Of a stretch of DNA of 64,000 bases, positions 56,844 to 64,000 are shown one piece after another. The stretch is from an uncultured Eubacteriales bacterium (GTDB taxonomy: Bacteria > Bacillota > Clostridia > Oscillospirales > UBA644), in the NCBI GenBank assembly GCA_900547165.1, contig URFZ01000013.1, positions 1,292-65,291 of the forward strand, read 5' to 3'. The notes below the pieces were generated by a model, which ran no database searches, was not told where the DNA came from, and saw nothing but the letters and a program-made list of their open reading frames with translations. The translations under genes were made by a program, and so were the position numbers. Each line of letters begins with the position of its first letter. Position 1 is the stretch's first letter.

Positions 56844-57105
56844 AATTTCTGACCTCTGTTTTTCGGGCAGCAGATACGTTCAAAAGAACGTAAATATACC
56901 CATTTTCATATATAATATAATACCATAAAAAACTGCTTATGTAAACAGCAATTTGAGAACTATTTTCGTGATTTTTCGTAATTTTTTGAAAAGGAAAACG
57001 CATATAAATATTCAGACCGAATATAAAAACATCGTCAACCGACATTTCATAGGCTGAATCAGTTCAGCCTAAAACAATATACAGGCTAAAACGGAGGAAT
57101 CGTTC

Positions 57106-58386
57106 ATGGAACTTCAAACTCTTTATCTCGGCAGCACGGGGCCCCTCGTCGGGTTTCTGCAATTTGTTCTGAAACGGCTCGGATTTTATTCGGGAGAAGT
57201 AAATTATGTCTTTGACGAGGCAACGGAGAGGGCGGTCGCCGCCTTGCAGTCCACGCTCGGGCTTTCAGACGACGGCGTGGTCGGACCTCGCTCGTGGGCG
57301 GCGTTCGAGCCGTATTTCACGGGAAATTATTACTACACGGTCAGAGCGGGAGACACGCTTTCTTCGATAGCGTCAAAAAGCAACACAAATTTGAAAATGC
57401 TGCTTGCCGCAAACGATCTCGCCGACCCAGACAATCTGTTTGTCGGACAAAAAATTCTTATACCTTTTTCGGAGTTTGTCGTTCCCACGACGCTGCGCTT
57501 TTCTTCCGACGTTATGAACATTCTGCTCGGCTCGCTTGCGGCGCGGTATCCTTTCCTCTCTTTTTCGTCAATAGGCAAAAGCGTGCTCGGCAAAGACCTT
57601 GTTTCGCTTCGGCTCGGACGCGGCGAAAAAGTCGTTTCCTACAACGCTTCGCACCACGCCAATGAATGGATAACCTCGCTTTTGCTCGTCAAGTTCGTTG
57701 AAATGTTCTGTCATGCGCTTGTAACGGAACGCAGGCTCGGCGATTACGACCCGAGAGAAGTTTTTGACAGCGCCTCGATATACATTGTTCCGATGGTCGA
57801 TCCCGACGGCGTGGATCTTGTCACGGGGCAGATACCCGCGGGCAGTACACTGTACGAAAATGCCGAAAAACTGAACACTTTCGGGCTGCCGTTTCCCGAG
57901 GGATGGAAAGCGAATATCTTGGGAACGGATCTGAATCTGAACTACCCCGCGGGGTGGGAGCAGGCGCGGCGGATAAAATTCGCGCAGGGGTTCACCTCGC
58001 CCGCGCCGAGAGATTTTGTCGGATACTATCCGCTCTCCGCACCCGAATCCAGAGCCATGGCGCAATTCACAAAAAACATCTCCCCGCGCCTGATACTCGC
58101 ATACCATTCGCAGGGAGAGATAATATATTGGAAATTCGCGGATTACGACCCGCCGTGCAGCTTTGAGACAGCGCAGCGTTTTTCCGCCGTCAGCGGATAT
58201 TCGGTCGAAACGACACCCGAAAACTCGGGTTATGCGGGCTACAAAGACTGGTTCATTCAGGAAAACAATCTGCCCGGCTATACGATAGAAGTCGGACGAG
58301 GTGCGTCGCCGCTGCCGCTTGAACAGTTTCCGAAAATATTCTCGGATAATCTCGGAATACTTATGCTTGCGCCCCTGCTTGCGTAG
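57106..58386 (+). CDS. PG-binding + LysM + M14 zinc carboxypeptidase-like (gamma-D-glutamyl-L-diamino acid endopeptidase I-like)
   Basis: A PG_binding_1-like N-terminus, LysM (YTVRAGDTLSSIASKSNTNLKMLLAANDL), and the M14 HxxE motif (SHHANEW). Confidence 0.8.
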   Translation: MELQTLYLGSTGPLVGFLQFVLKRLGFYSGEVNYVFDEATERAVAALQSTLGLSDDGVVGPRSWAAFEPYFTGNYYYTVRAGDTLSSIASKSNTNLKMLLAANDLADPDNLFVGQKILIPFSEFVVPTTLRFSSDVMNILLGSLAARYPFLSFSSIGKSVLGKDLVSLRLGRGEKVVSYNASHHANEWITSLLLVKFVEMFCHALVTERRLGDYDPREVFDSASIYIVPMVDPDGVDLVTGQIPAGSTLYENAEKLNTFGLPFPEGWKANILGTDLNLNYPAGWEQARRIKFAQGFTSPAPRDFVGYYPLSAPESRAMAQFTKNISPRLILAYHSQGEIIYWKFADYDPPCSFETAQRFSAVSGYSVETTPENSGYAGYKDWFIQENNLPGYTIEVGRGASPLPLEQFPKIFSDNLGILMLAPLLA

Positions 58387-58972
58387 AAGACTTGCCTTTC
58401 AACACAGGCGAAAGTTTTTTGTAGATAAGCATTGATATAACAACGCTCACAAGTCCTTTTACAAACGTGAACGGCACGTTGAAAATAACGAGAGCCTGCC
58501 AAAGTTCGGTCACGCCGGGCAGGATAGCGGTGTAAAGCGCAACTATCTTGTCAATGCCGCCCATAACTTTGCCGTAAATGGGATAAATGAAGAAATAGTT
58601 GGTCACAAAACTGAACGCAGCCATCGCAAAAGCGCCCACGGTAGAACCGACAAATGCGGTCAAGCGTGTCTTTTTGTGACGGTAAATAAGCGCGGCGGGA
58701 ACAACGAACATACAGCCGAGAATGAAGTTTGAAAGTTCGCCGACGCCGAATGTCGTTGTAAAGAACACGTTTACGACGTTTTTGACAAGGCAGACGGCGA
58801 CGCCGTAAACGGGGCCGAGCGCAAAGCCAGTCAGCAGCGCGGGAAGTTCCGAGAAGTCGAATTTCAAAAACGACGGAACGAGCGGAACGCTGAAACTGAG
58901 GAACATCAAAACGGTTGAGACCGCCGACATTATCGCCGTCACGGTGATGTTTCTGATTTTTTGATTCTGCAT
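58361..58972 (-). CDS. ribU: ECF transporter S component, probable riboflavin transporter RibU
   Basis: About 200-aa polytopic S-component (FDFSELPALLTGFALGP) preceded by an FMN riboswitch. The start is MQNQKIRNITV. Confidence 0.75.
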   Translation of the reverse strand: MQNQKIRNITVTAIMSAVSTVLMFLSFSVPLVPSFLKFDFSELPALLTGFALGPVYGVAVCLVKNVVNVFFTTTFGVGELSNFILGCMFVVPAALIYRHKKTRLTAFVGSTVGAFAMAAFSFVTNYFFIYPIYGKVMGGIDKIVALYTAILPGVTELWQALVIFNVPFTFVKGLVSVVISMLIYKKLSPVLKGKSSTQAGAQA

Positions 58973-59035
58973 AAGAATACCTCCGTTCGGAACACAAAAG
59001 TTCCGTAAAATATGTTTGCGGGGTATCTCAATCAC

Positions 59036-59072
59036 AAAAAAAACGTCCCTGCGTAACGATACGCGGGGACGT
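59036..59072 (-). terminator. FMN riboswitch expression-platform terminator
   Basis: Minus strand: ACGTCCCCGCGTATCGTTACGCAGGGACG followed by TTTTTTTT. The 5' arm is complementary to the aptamer P1 5' strand CGATACGGGGA. Confidence 0.7.
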
Positions 59073-59084
59073 AAAAATTTTTCG

Positions 59085-59228
59085 CAATATCAATACTTTC
59101 ATCCGGACTTTGACCGTCGGTATCCGTTCGGAAACGAAATTCTGTTCCGTGTCGGATTCGTGCGCTTTTCGCGCTCGCGGACTGACTACCGCCGATAAGG
59201 ATTTTCACCTTTCCCCGTATCGCGAATT
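59085..59228 (-). ncRNA. FMN riboswitch (RFN element)
   Basis: Minus strand reads ..GGGGAAAGGTGAAAATCCTTATCGGCGGTAGTCAGTCCGCGAGC...ACCGACGGTCAAAGTCCGGATGAAAG.., which matches the conserved RFN core segments. Confidence 0.85.
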
Positions 59229-59229
59229 T

Positions 59230-59258
59230 ATTATAGCACCGTCTCCGCCGCCTGTCAA
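59230..59258 (-). promoter_or_regulatory. promoter of the FMN riboswitch-ribU unit
   Basis: Minus strand: TTGACA (59258-59253), 17 nt, TATAAT (59235-59230). Confidence 0.55.
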
Positions 59259-59292
59259 GACGCTTTTTCATAAAAAATTGTGAAAATATGTA

Positions 59293-59321
59293 TTTACACA
59301 GCCGCAAGTATTTGTTATAAT
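59293..59321 (+). promoter_or_regulatory. candidate prfA promoter
   Basis: TTTACA, 17 nt, TATAAT (59316-59321). Confidence 0.5.
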
Positions 59322-59356
59322 ATATAATATATCACATCGAAGTTACGGAGAACGAA

Positions 59357-60433
59357 ATGCTCGACAAACTCAAAAACATATCAAAGCGTTACGACGCGAT
59401 AAACGAAAAACTTTCCGACCCCGCGATATTTTCGGACAAGCAGGAATTTGCGGCACTGATGCGCGAACGCAAGGGGCTTGAACCCGTCGTTGAAAAATAC
59501 GGCGAATACAAGACCGCGCTCGACGAAATGGACGAGGCGAAAGAGTTGCTTTCTTCCCACCCCGACGAGGAACTGAAAGAAATGGCGGAAGCGCAGCTCG
59601 AAGAAGCGAAAGAAGCGAAAACGAGACTTGAAGAAGAGATAAAAATTCTGCTCCTGCCCCGCGACCCGAACGACGACCGAAGCGTTATCATGGAGATACG
59701 CAGCGGCGCGGGCGGTGAAGAAGCGGCGCTTTTCGCGCATTCGCTTTACAGAATGTATACGATGTATGCGGAGTCGAAAGGCTTCAAAACGGAAGTGCTT
59801 TCCGTCAACGAGACCGAACTCGGCGGCATAAAGGAGATAGAGTTTTCGGTCGAGGGCGACGGAGCGTTCAGCCGTTTGAAGTTCGAAAGCGGCGTTCACC
59901 GTGTTCAGCGTGTTCCCGAAACGGAATCGCAGGGCAGAATACAGACTTCAACGGCGACGGTTGCGGTTTTGCCCGAGGTTGAAGATGTAGACGTTGAAAT
60001 AAACCAAAACGACCTCATCATCGAGACCCACCGTTCGGGCGGCGCGGGCGGTCAGCACGTCAACAAGACCGAATCGGCTATAAGAATAATTCACGTTCCG
60101 ACGGGCACCGTGGTTGACTGTCAGGACGAGCGAAGCCAATACAAGAACAAGGAAAAAGCACTCAAAATACTGCGTTCGCGCATTTACGAAAAAATGCAGG
60201 CGGAACAGAACGAAAAGATAGCGTCCGACAGAAGAAGTCAAGTCGGAACGGGCGACCGCTCCGAGCGCATAAGAACTTACAACTTCCCGCAGGGACGCGT
60301 TACCGACCACCGAATAGGGCTTACGCTTTACAAGATATTGCAGATAATGGACGGCGACCTTGACGAACTCATTGACGCGCTCATAACGACCGACAGAGCG
60401 AACAAACTCGCCGCTTCGGAGGACAACGAATGA
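59357..60433 (+). CDS. prfA: peptide chain release factor 1
   Basis: [16 protein letters not shown] (GGQ motif) and [24 protein letters not shown]. Confidence 0.95.
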   Translation: MLDKLKNISKRYDAINEKLSDPAIFSDKQEFAALMRERKGLEPVVEKYGEYKTALDEMDEAKELLSSHPDEELKEMAEAQLEEAKEAKTRLEEEIKILLLPRDPNDDRSVIMEIRSGAGGEEAALFAHSLYRMYTMYAESKGFKTEVLSVNETELGGIKEIEFSVEGDGAFSRLKFESGVHRVQRVPETESQGRIQTSTATVAVLPEVEDVDVEINQNDLIIETHRSGGAGGQHVNKTESAIRIIHVPTGTVVDCQDERSQYKNKEKALKILRSRIYEKMQAEQNEKIASDRRSQVGTGDRSERIRTYNFPQGRVTDHRIGLTLYKILQIMDGDLDELIDALITTDRANKLAASEDNE

Positions 60434-61425
60434 ACGACGAAAACATCGTCATAACCGAGGTTACGGAAGTAACGGAAGTGGAAGAAACACCCGAAGAGCC
60501 GAAGAAAGAAAAGAAAAAAAAGAACGGAAAAGCGGGCAAAATCATCGCTTACGCCGTCGTTTTCCTGATTTTGGGCTGTGTTGTAACGGGGCTTTCCGCA
60601 ATACTTCCGAAATTGCCTTACACGTTCACGCAGACAAAACAGTTAAATGCCGTGGACTACGGTTTTCCGCTCGGATTTGCGGAGCAGAAAAGAAGCGACG
60701 ACGAAGTGACCGCGCTTATAAACGGAGACTTCAACAAAAACGTCAACAAAGGCTTTCTGCTGCCGCGCTATGACCTTTACGAAACAGATTGGAATATCGG
60801 TCTGCTTGCGGCGGACGTTTTCATAAACGCAGCGTGGATTGCGGTGATAGGGTTTTTCTTCACGTTCTTTCCGCGCGTTGCGAAAAAGAGCCTGAAATTT
60901 GCGATTTTCGGGCTTCTTGTGTGTCTGCTTTTCTGCCTTTTGCCAGCGTGGCCGGGCACGTTTACGGCAGAAGACCTCGACCCCATGCATTTCGGTTTTC
61001 CGCTCAAATATCTTGAACAGACACCCGACGTGAACGCGATAAAGACGAACGAAAACCTTGACCTGATACTCAAACAGAACTTTCTTTCGCCCAATCTGCT
61101 GAACTCCGATCCGTCGAGAACAACAACACATTTTGTCGCGTACAAACTGCTTGCAAGCATTGCGCTCAACGCCTTTTTGCTTGCCGCAGTCACAAACCTG
61201 ATAACGGTGCTTAAAATCCTCATAAACGGCGGTAAAAAAGAAGGTATTGCAAGGCATTATACCGAGCGTTTCGACTCGCTTGTACTGCGTCCGCTCGAAA
61301 AGAAGAATATGCTTTCCGAAAAAGCCGTGCAACGTCTTGCGGAGCGAACGGGAACGTTGAAACTTGCGGAGAAAAAGAGCAAAAAAGCGTTGTCCGACGG
61401 CAAGAAAAAAGGCAAGAAAAAATGA
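60430..61425 (+). CDS. polytopic membrane protein of unknown function (internally duplicated)
   Basis: Start overlaps the prfA stop (ATGA). It has an acidic [12 protein letters not shown]-terminus, two halves each containing (Y/H)FGFPLxxxEQ, and a Lys-rich C-terminus. Confidence 0.55.
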   Translation: MNDENIVITEVTEVTEVEETPEEPKKEKKKKNGKAGKIIAYAVVFLILGCVVTGLSAILPKLPYTFTQTKQLNAVDYGFPLGFAEQKRSDDEVTALINGDFNKNVNKGFLLPRYDLYETDWNIGLLAADVFINAAWIAVIGFFFTFFPRVAKKSLKFAIFGLLVCLLFCLLPAWPGTFTAEDLDPMHFGFPLKYLEQTPDVNAIKTNENLDLILKQNFLSPNLLNSDPSRTTTHFVAYKLLASIALNAFLLAAVTNLITVLKILINGGKKEGIARHYTERFDSLVLRPLEKKNMLSEKAVQRLAERTGTLKLAEKKSKKALSDGKKKGKKK

Positions 61426-62033
61426 CCGTGAAAGAAAAAATGCACGCGGGAGAGCCGTATGTCATGGCGGACGACCCCGAACTGATGAAATATCAGCAGG
61501 AATGCCTCGACAAACTTTTTGAGTACAATTCCCTGCGCCCGTCCGAAACAGAGAAAAAGGCGGCGCTGCTGAAAGAGATGTTTGCCGAGATAGGCGAAGA
61601 TTGCTATATAGAAACGCCGTTTCACGCAAATTTCGGCGGCGCTCACGTCCATTTCGGAAAGAATGTTTACGCAAACTTCAATCTGACGCTTGTGGATGAC
61701 ACGCACATATACGTCGGCGATTACACGATGTTCGGACCGAATGTGACGCTTGCCACGGCGGGACACCCCGTTTTGCCCGAACTGCGCGAAAAACTTTATC
61801 AGTTCAATCTGCCCATTCATATCGGCAGAAACTGCTGGCTCGGCGCGGGCGTTATCGTTCTGCCGGGGGTCAGCATAGGCGATAATTCCGTTATCGGAGC
61901 GGGAAGCATCGTTACAAAGGACATTCCGTCAAACGTTGTGGCTCTCGGAAACCCGTGCCGCGTTCTGCGCCCGATAAGCGAACGGGACAGAGAATACTAC
62001 ACCAAAGGCCGCAGATTTTCCGAGAAACAATAA
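61422..62033 (+). CDS. maltose/galactoside O-acetyltransferase family (hexapeptide repeat)
   Basis: Mac N-terminal domain (MHAGEPYVMADDPELM) and left-handed beta-helix repeats (IGRNCWLGAGVIVLPGVSIGDNSVIGAGSIV). Confidence 0.85.
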   Translation: MTVKEKMHAGEPYVMADDPELMKYQQECLDKLFEYNSLRPSETEKKAALLKEMFAEIGEDCYIETPFHANFGGAHVHFGKNVYANFNLTLVDDTHIYVGDYTMFGPNVTLATAGHPVLPELREKLYQFNLPIHIGRNCWLGAGVIVLPGVSIGDNSVIGAGSIVTKDIPSNVVALGNPCRVLRPISERDREYYTKGRRFSEKQ

Positions 62034-62052
62034 AATTTACAAAAGACTAAGA

Positions 62053-62094
62053 GGCTGTAAAAAACTTGCGTTTTTTTACAGCCCCTTTATTTTA
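62053..62094. terminator. bidirectional terminator between the acetyltransferase gene and ansA
   Basis: GGCTGTAAAAAA / TTTTTTTACAGCC stem with flanking T-rich and A-rich tracts. Confidence 0.6.
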
Positions 62095-62119
62095 CAAAGA
62101 TAAAAAACCTTAATTATTT

Positions 62120-63124
62120 TTAGTTGACCGCAATTTCCTGCGGCGGCAGAATATCATGACTGACGGGTGTATAAAACAGGCGTTCACGCTCCGTCGGGTC
62201 GTCCGTCAGAGGCAAAAGCCACATCAGTTTTGTAAAGCACGCTTCGGGCGTCATGTCAAACGCTTCAAGCACGCCGAGCGCGGCAAGGTCGCTTCCGACA
62301 TTGTAAACGGAAAGATCCGTCCCCTCGCTTTGCACCTGAGTTGTGACAACCACCGTTTTGCCTTTTTTGACGGCGCGTTCCGCTTCGCGGCGAAAGTCTC
62401 CGTCCCTGTCGGGCAGACCTCCGACACCGAAAGACTCTATAACAAGCGCGTCATATCGGTCAAGCATAAAGCGCAAAAGTTCCGCATCCGTTGCGGGTGT
62501 AAGTTTGAGAAGCCCGACGGAAGAGTCAAGGCGCGAATAAAAACGTTCCTCGCCCGCTTTCGGTTCGAAAAACACAGTCAGTCTGCCGTTCTGAACCGTC
62601 GCAAGCGGCGGAAAATTCGGGCTTGAAAACGCAGCAAAACTTTTTGAGCGCGTTTTTTGAGCGCGCGTGCCGAGCAATACCGTTCCGCCGAAAACAACAA
62701 GCACGCCCCGCATATCGGAAGCGGCGACACGGAAAGCGTCGGAGAGGTTCTGTTTTGAGTCTGTCGTCTCAAACCCTATCGGCTTTTGCGCACCGGTTAT
62801 GACAACGGGTTTTCGGCTGTTCTGTATAAGATATGAAAGCGCGGACGCCGTATACGCCAGAGTGTCCGTTCCGTGCGCGATAACAAAGCCGTCAAACATA
62901 TCGTATTTTTCGTGTATGAGCGCCGCAAGCGCAAGCCAATGTTCAGGCATTATATCCGTGCTGTCAAGCGCAAAGAGTTGTTCTGCTTCTATGTCGCATA
63001 TCTTCGAAACGTCGGGCACGAGCCGCAGCAATTCGGAAGCCCCGAGAGACGGAGACAGCGCGCCTTTTGTCAGGTCGGAGGCTATGGTTCCTCCCGTTCC
63101 GATAAAAAGAATTCTTTTCTTCAC
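62120..63124 (-). CDS. ansA: type I L-asparaginase
   Basis: GTGGTIAS and HGTDTLAYTA motifs. 334 aa. Confidence 0.9.
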   Translation of the reverse strand: MKKRILFIGTGGTIASDLTKGALSPSLGASELLRLVPDVSKICDIEAEQLFALDSTDIMPEHWLALAALIHEKYDMFDGFVIAHGTDTLAYTASALSYLIQNSRKPVVITGAQKPIGFETTDSKQNLSDAFRVAASDMRGVLVVFGGTVLLGTRAQKTRSKSFAAFSSPNFPPLATVQNGRLTVFFEPKAGEERFYSRLDSSVGLLKLTPATDAELLRFMLDRYDALVIESFGVGGLPDRDGDFRREAERAVKKGKTVVVTTQVQSEGTDLSVYNVGSDLAALGVLEAFDMTPEACFTKLMWLLPLTDDPTERERLFYTPVSHDILPPQEIAVN

Positions 63125-63325
63125 GCGTTCTCACCTCGCTTTCATACTAACACAAACGCGCGGCTTTGTCAACCGAATAAAGAGGAACGGCAAAAAGCCG
63201 TCAGACAAATAAGAACCCGAAACCCTTTTATTAACTGGGTTACCATAAGGATACCTTTGTTTAATCGGGTGCCGAAGGGCAGGTAGTGCATATGCACCGC
63301 CTGTCTTTCGCCTTTTTTATGCTCT

Positions 63326-64000
63326 TTACATTTCGGCGACATTGCCGATGTAACGGAAATAAATATCAATTTGCTGTTCGGTGTTTTGCTTGAACCGTTC
63401 ACGCCTTTCGTGAATGACTATCTTCGAAACGAAGGTGTGCAGGATCTCGGGTGTAAGATCGGTTATGCGCGTATACTTTTTAGCGAGACCTATGAACTTA
63501 TCCACATCGCTTGCCGCCTGCTGCAAATTTTGTATTTGCTTTTCCAACTCCGGAAGCTTGGCATCTATGCTCTTTTGCTCATCCGTATAGCCGCAGGACA
63601 GCATACGGAACTGCTCGTTGTTTATTCTACCGAGGACATTGTCTTCATACAGTCGTTTGAACAATGTATTAAGCTCCGACGTTCTTTTATACAATCTTTC
63701 ATATTCACGCTGCTTGGCGTTAAGCTCCCGTCGGTTTTCCGTGGAGCTTTTTTTGTTGATAAATTCCGCAAATTGTCTTTCTCTTGTTCTTGCCGTGTAG
63801 GTAATACGGCGCAACTCCTCGAGCAGTATCTCATCCAGTACCACCTCACGGATTCTGTGCGGCGTGCATTTATCTTTTGCATTATTGCGATAATGAGAGC
63901 AGTTGAAGGAATAGCTTTTCGGATCGTCCGCATGCTTGTGATTAAAATACAATTTCGAGCCGCAGTCGGCACAGAACAGAAGACCGGAATACTTACTTGT
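63326..64000 (-). CDS. large serine recombinase, C-terminal part (the 5' end lies beyond the window)
   Basis: The frame stays open to position 64000 (..FCADCGSKLYFNHKHADD..). It shows a zinc-ribbon, a coiled-coil and a DUF4368-like tail (LTPEILHTFVSKIVIHE). Confidence 0.85.
   Translation of the reverse strand, partial: TSKYSGLLFCADCGSKLYFNHKHADDPKSYSFNCSHYRNNAKDKCTPHRIREVVLDEILLEELRRITYTARTRERQFAEFINKKSSTENRRELNAKQREYERLYKRTSELNTLFKRLYEDNVLGRINNEQFRMLSCGYTDEQKSIDAKLPELEKQIQNLQQAASDVDKFIGLAKKYTRITDLTPEILHTFVSKIVIHERRERFKQNTEQQIDIYFRYIGNVAEM

Noticed and set aside
56844-57105. Possible SAM riboswitch (S-box or SMK box) upstream of metK
   Set aside because: The minus-strand leader is AT-rich and has only a small AACGTTC..GAACGT hairpin. 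None of the SAM-I core (e.g. GAGGGA..GCCC..GCAACC) or SMK box sequence is present.

Overview
Chromosomal window from a moderate-GC, probably spore-forming Clostridia. It looks Oscillospiraceae/Ruminococcaceae-like: dockerin-bearing secreted enzymes, a SipL-like DUF3794+LysM protein, and the gene order maf-mreBCD-mrdA-minD-mgsA-hisS-aspS. That taxonomy is inference only. Most genes are housekeeping and on the minus strand: pnp (runs off the left edge), rpsO, thrS, a GldA/F/G-like ABC system plus DUF4340, aspS, hisS, the cell-shape cluster, gdh, livJHMGF, alaS, HIT, ispE, metK, an FMN riboswitch with ribU, prfA and ansA. Accessory or lower-GC islets are: (1) a Fic gene; (2) a stand-alone terminase large subunit plus RinA-like unit next to an ECF sigma with two tandem mosaic DUF4367 paralogs; (3) a DUF4143 AAA+ ATPase, XRE regulator and SLOG/DUF1273 protein; (4) dockerin proteins (C39-like peptidase, GH25 lysozyme); (5) an ATP-grasp, SPFH and KilA-N group; (6) a large serine recombinase at the right edge that marks the start of an integrated element. 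No rRNA, tRNA or CRISPR array was seen. The most unusual signals are non-coding. One unclassified ~245-bp element occurs twice, 20 kb apart, each time abutting the stop codon of a minus-strand gene. Its substitutions preserve helices only in the plus sense, and one copy carries a nested MITE-like insertion. Two other ~190-205-bp repeat families are locally duplicated, one between mrdA and minD and one upstream of livJ. Three phased 33-bp repeats lie upstream of the AAA+ gene. I found no clear multi-gene novel defence system. All identities and alignments were judged by eye, and no database search was possible.
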